From: an uncultured delta proteobacterium
GTDB taxonomy: Bacteria; Desulfobacterota; Binatia; UBA9968
Direction of reading: 5' to 3'
DNA length: 64,000 bases
NCBI GenBank assembly: GCA_963760795.1
Contig: CAVXEP010000029.1
Coordinates: 352,001 to 416,000, forward strand
Made by a program: the position numbers and the translations under genes. Position 1 is the stretch's first letter. Every line of letters starts with the position of its first letter. The notes below the pieces were generated by a model. That model had not been told where the DNA came from. It did no database searches and saw nothing but the letters and a program-made list of their open reading frames with translations. Of this stretch, positions 60,807-64,000 are shown piece after piece.

Positions 60807-61937
60807 ATGGATTTCGTCGAAACCGAAGGCGATAACATCGACGCCGCCATCGAAAACGCGCTGAAGGCGCTCGGCGTCGGGCGCGAAAAGATCACCGTCG
60901 ATATCATTTCCGAAGGACGCAAGGGAATACTCGGGTTTGGCGCGCAGAAAGCGAAAGTTCGTGCCTCGCTGCGCAAGCTCAATCTCGAACCCGACCCGGC
61001 GCCAGCCAAGCCCCAGGCCGCGCAAGTCCAGCAGGCTCCGGCAAGAGCAGCGGAGCCCAGACCGCGGCCGCCAGAGCGGCGCCCGGCCGAACCGCGCCGA
61101 GCGGAACCACCAAGAGCCGAGCCACGCGCCAGGGCGCCGGAACCTAGACCGCGAGCGCCTGAGCCGCGTCCCCGACCTGAACCGCGTCCAGCCCCGGCTC
61201 CGACGCCCGGTCCGCCAGCGGAGCCGCGCGCTGCCGACGCGCCGCCGCCGCTGACACCAGCGGAGGTCGCGGCGATGGTCGCAAAGGCGAAGACGGCGCT
61301 GGTTGAGATTCTAAATTTAATGGGCATGAACGCGACGGTGGCAGAGAAAGCCGGCGTCGACAGCGAGGAAACGATCCTCGAGGTCAAGAGCGATAACAGC
61401 GGCTTGATCATTGGCCGCAAGGGACAGACTTTAGAAGCGTTGCAATACCTGATCACCCGCATCGCCGGCGAACGGCCCGGCAATGAAGCGCCGCATGTCG
61501 TCATCGATATCGAGAACTACCACGAGCGCCGGCGCCAGACCTTGCAAGACATGGCGCTGCGCTTGGGCGAGAAGGCCAAACGCCAGCGCAAGACTGTCAC
61601 CATCGACGCGCTCAGCGCGGCGGACCGCAAGGTCGTTCATGCGGCGCTGCAAGACGATCCTTGGTTGACCACGCGCAGTCTCGGCCAGGGCGCCTATCGC
61701 CGCTTGCTGATCATTCCCGAGGGTGATCGTAAAATTAAAGATGAAGGCCCTGCACCGGCGCAAGAGCGCGAGGGCGGACGGCCGCAGAGAAGCAACCGGC
61801 CTAACCCGCCGCTTGCCGCGATGGATGACCGCCGGGCACCAACGCGCCAAGGCGGAAATCAAGAAAGACCGGAAGGTGTTATCACAGAGGACACCGAGAT
61901 CACCGCCAACAAGGACGACTCGGAATCGAATAGTTGA
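60807..61937 (+). CDS. jag: RNA-binding protein Jag/KhpB (EloR) with a Pro/Arg-rich linker
   Basis: Jag_N GILGFG, KH IIGRKGQTLEALQYL and R3H RKVVH; follows yidC. Confidence 0.93.
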   Translation: MDFVETEGDNIDAAIENALKALGVGREKITVDIISEGRKGILGFGAQKAKVRASLRKLNLEPDPAPAKPQAAQVQQAPARAAEPRPRPPERRPAEPRRAEPPRAEPRARAPEPRPRAPEPRPRPEPRPAPAPTPGPPAEPRAADAPPPLTPAEVAAMVAKAKTALVEILNLMGMNATVAEKAGVDSEETILEVKSDNSGLIIGRKGQTLEALQYLITRIAGERPGNEAPHVVIDIENYHERRRQTLQDMALRLGEKAKRQRKTVTIDALSAADRKVVHAALQDDPWLTTRSLGQGAYRRLLIIPEGDRKIKDEGPAPAQEREGGRPQRSNRPNPPLAAMDDRRAPTRQGGNQERPEGVITEDTEITANKDDSESNS

Positions 61938-62027
61938 CCATAAATATCGTATTCGCACTGCCGACGGCAACGTCAGCCATCGGCCGAGGACAACAGCAGT
62001 TCCTCGCTTCAGAATAAAATAGTTTAG

Positions 62028-62056
62028 TTGACCCTAGGGACTCGGTTCTCTATAGT
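62028..62056 (+). promoter_or_regulatory. Putative sigma70 promoter giving a leaderless ispG mRNA
   Basis: TTGACC-N17-TATAGT, 6 nt before the ATG, no SD. Confidence 0.7.
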
Positions 62057-62062
62057 TGAGCC

Positions 62063-63160
62063 ATGATTGAACGGCGCAAGACCAGGCAGATTGAGCTGGG
62101 CAATGTGAAAGTCGGCGGCGACGCGCCGATCACGGTCCAGTCGATGACCAAGACCGACACCCGCGACGTGCGCGCCACGGTGCAGCAGATCTGGTCCTTG
62201 GAAGCGGCCGGTTGCGAAATCGTCCGCTGTGCCGTGCCGGTGCGCGAAGCGGCCGAGCAACTCGGTGAGATCAAGAAAAAAATCCGCATTCCGTTGGTCG
62301 CCGACATCCATTTCAATTACAAACTGGCGTTGATCGCCATCGAGCAGGGCGTCGACGGCCTGCGCCTCAATCCCGGCAATATCGGCGCGCGCAAATATGT
62401 CGAAGAAGTGGTCAAGGCCGCGTCGGAGCGCAAGATTCCCATCCGCATCGGCGTCAACGCCGGCTCACTGGAAAAAGATTTACTGCAAAAGTATAACGGC
62501 CCGACGGCCGCGGGCATGGTCGAGAGCGGGCTGCGCCATATTCATATTCTCGAAGATGTCGGTTATTCCGAGATCAAGATTTCTCTCAAAGCTTCCGATC
62601 CGCTGATGATGATCGAAGCCTATCGCATGCTCGCCGACCAGGTGAACTATGCGTTTCATCTCGGCGTGACCGAGGCGGGGACACCGGGCATCGGCACGAT
62701 CAAATCTGCCGTCGGCTTAGGCACGCTCTTGGCCGAAGGCATCGGCGACACCATTCGCGTGTCGTTGGCGGCTGACCCGGTGGAAGAAGTGCGGGTCGGT
62801 TTGGAGATCTTGAAGGCGCTCAAGCTGCGCAAGGACGGCATGACCTTTGTCGCTTGTCCTTCCTGCGGCCGCGCCGATGTCGATCTCGTGTCGCTGGCGA
62901 AGGCGGTGGAAGAGCGCATGCTGCCGTACAGCAATCAAAATATCCACGTCGCGGTGATGGGCTGCGAAGTCAACGGTCCGGGCGAAGCGCGGGCGGCGGA
63001 TCTCGGCGTCGCCGGCGGCAAGGGCATCGGTCTGATCTTCAAGCGCGGCGAAGTCATTCGCAAAGTTCCCGAAGCGCAAATCGTCGATGCGCTGATGGAA
63101 GAAGTCGAAAAGCTCGTCGCGGAAAAAGCCGCTGAAGCCTCGACGGCGGCACTCGACTGA
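62063..63160 (+). CDS. ispG: (E)-4-hydroxy-3-methylbut-2-enyl diphosphate synthase
   Basis: VQSMT, ADIHF, RLNPGN, RIGVNAGS, HLGVTEAG, ACPSCGR and MGCEVNGPGE. Confidence 0.97.
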   Translation: MIERRKTRQIELGNVKVGGDAPITVQSMTKTDTRDVRATVQQIWSLEAAGCEIVRCAVPVREAAEQLGEIKKKIRIPLVADIHFNYKLALIAIEQGVDGLRLNPGNIGARKYVEEVVKAASERKIPIRIGVNAGSLEKDLLQKYNGPTAAGMVESGLRHIHILEDVGYSEIKISLKASDPLMMIEAYRMLADQVNYAFHLGVTEAGTPGIGTIKSAVGLGTLLAEGIGDTIRVSLAADPVEEVRVGLEILKALKLRKDGMTFVACPSCGRADVDLVSLAKAVEERMLPYSNQNIHVAVMGCEVNGPGEARAADLGVAGGKGIGLIFKRGEVIRKVPEAQIVDALMEEVEKLVAEKAAEASTAALD

Positions 63161-63204
63161 TCTTTCCTGTCTCGCTCGATATTGCCATTTTTGATTGAAT
63201 TACT

Positions 63205-64000
63205 ATGCGTTGGAGTAAGACGTCTCATCCCGACTCTCAAGGAAGACCCGGCGGACGCCGAGGTCATCAGTCACAAGCTCTTGGTGCGCGCCGGCTACAT
63301 TCGCCAGGTCAGCCGCGGCATCTACGATTACTTTCCCTTGGCTCTCAAAGTCATCCGCAAGATCGAAACCATCGTGCGCCAGGAAATGGACCGCGCCGGC
63401 GCGCAAGAACTTTTGCTGCCGATAGCCGCGCCCGCCGAGCTGTGGCAGGAGAGCGGCCGCTGGGAGTTCTACGGCAAAGAACTGCTGCGCTTCAAGGACC
63501 GCCACGAGCGCGATTTCTGTCTCGGTCCGACCCATGAAGAGCTGATCACCGATTTAGTGCGCCGTTCGGTGCGCTCCTATCGCGAGCTGCCAGTCAATTT
63601 GTACCAGCTCCAGACCAAGTTCCGCGATGAAGTGCGGCCGCGCTTCGGCTTGATGCGCGGGCGCGAGTTCATCATGAAAGACGCCTACAGTTTTCACACC
63701 GATGTCGAAGATTGCCGGCGCGAATACGACAACATGTATCAGACCTACAAGCGCATCTTCAGCCGCTGCGGTCTGAGCTTCCGCCCGGTGGAAGCGGACA
63801 CCGGCGCCATCGGCGGCAGCCTGTCTCATGAGTTTCAAGTGCTGGCCGCGTCCGGTGAAGACGCCATCGTTAGCTGCGACGGCTGCGAATACGCCGCCAA
63901 TGTCGAAAAGGCGGAAGTCAAAGGCAAGCCGCCGGTGGCGCGGGATATTTCCCAGGAATTCCCTAAGCTGAACAAGGTCGCCACACCGGGTAAAAAGACC
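63205..64000 (+). CDS. proS: Proline-tRNA ligase (3' truncated by window edge; +1 frameshift at about 63223)
   Basis: MRWSKT, then in the shifted frame [51 protein letters not shown] and SHEF. Confidence 0.95.

Overview
GC-rich bacterial chromosomal window. It is probably from a Deltaproteobacteria-like lineage such as Candidatus Binatia, an inference from the expanded substrate-binding-protein families and gene content. The window has four parts. (1) 1-38 kb is a mixed metabolic and envelope region: Mo-enzyme subunits, a Flp pilin between two paralogous putative zinc peptidases, glgP, mltG, MoxR, cytochrome c, panE, a ribBA-like gene, two HtrA proteases, tandem SBP paralogues, PepF, BepA-like and Lon-like proteases, and acyl-CoA catabolism genes. 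(2) 39-52 kb is a minus-strand cobalamin regulon with three B12 riboswitches, controlling class Ia nrdAB plus a Cys-rich CWC protein, tonB, and btuB-F-C-D-cobQ; a degenerate cobS lies next to it. (3) 52-64 kb is a core cluster: gyrB-gyrA-gpsA-rpmH-rnpA-yidD-yidC-jag-ispG-proS. (4) Several decayed small genes are absent or incomplete in the ORF track (crcB, fmdB-like, an AEC fragment, a truncated SBP). The most striking non-genic signals are two 170-220 nt strongly structured intergenic elements (about 12430-12610 and 14540-14765). From memory, they resemble IS110/IS1111 non-coding ends (bridge/seekRNA), yet no recombinase gene is nearby. Other notable signals are a 68-nt hairpin inserted in a B12 riboswitch and many promoters placed for leaderless transcription. 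Single-base insertions in lon, yidC and proS are probably assembly artefacts. All family assignments come from motif recognition; no searches were run.
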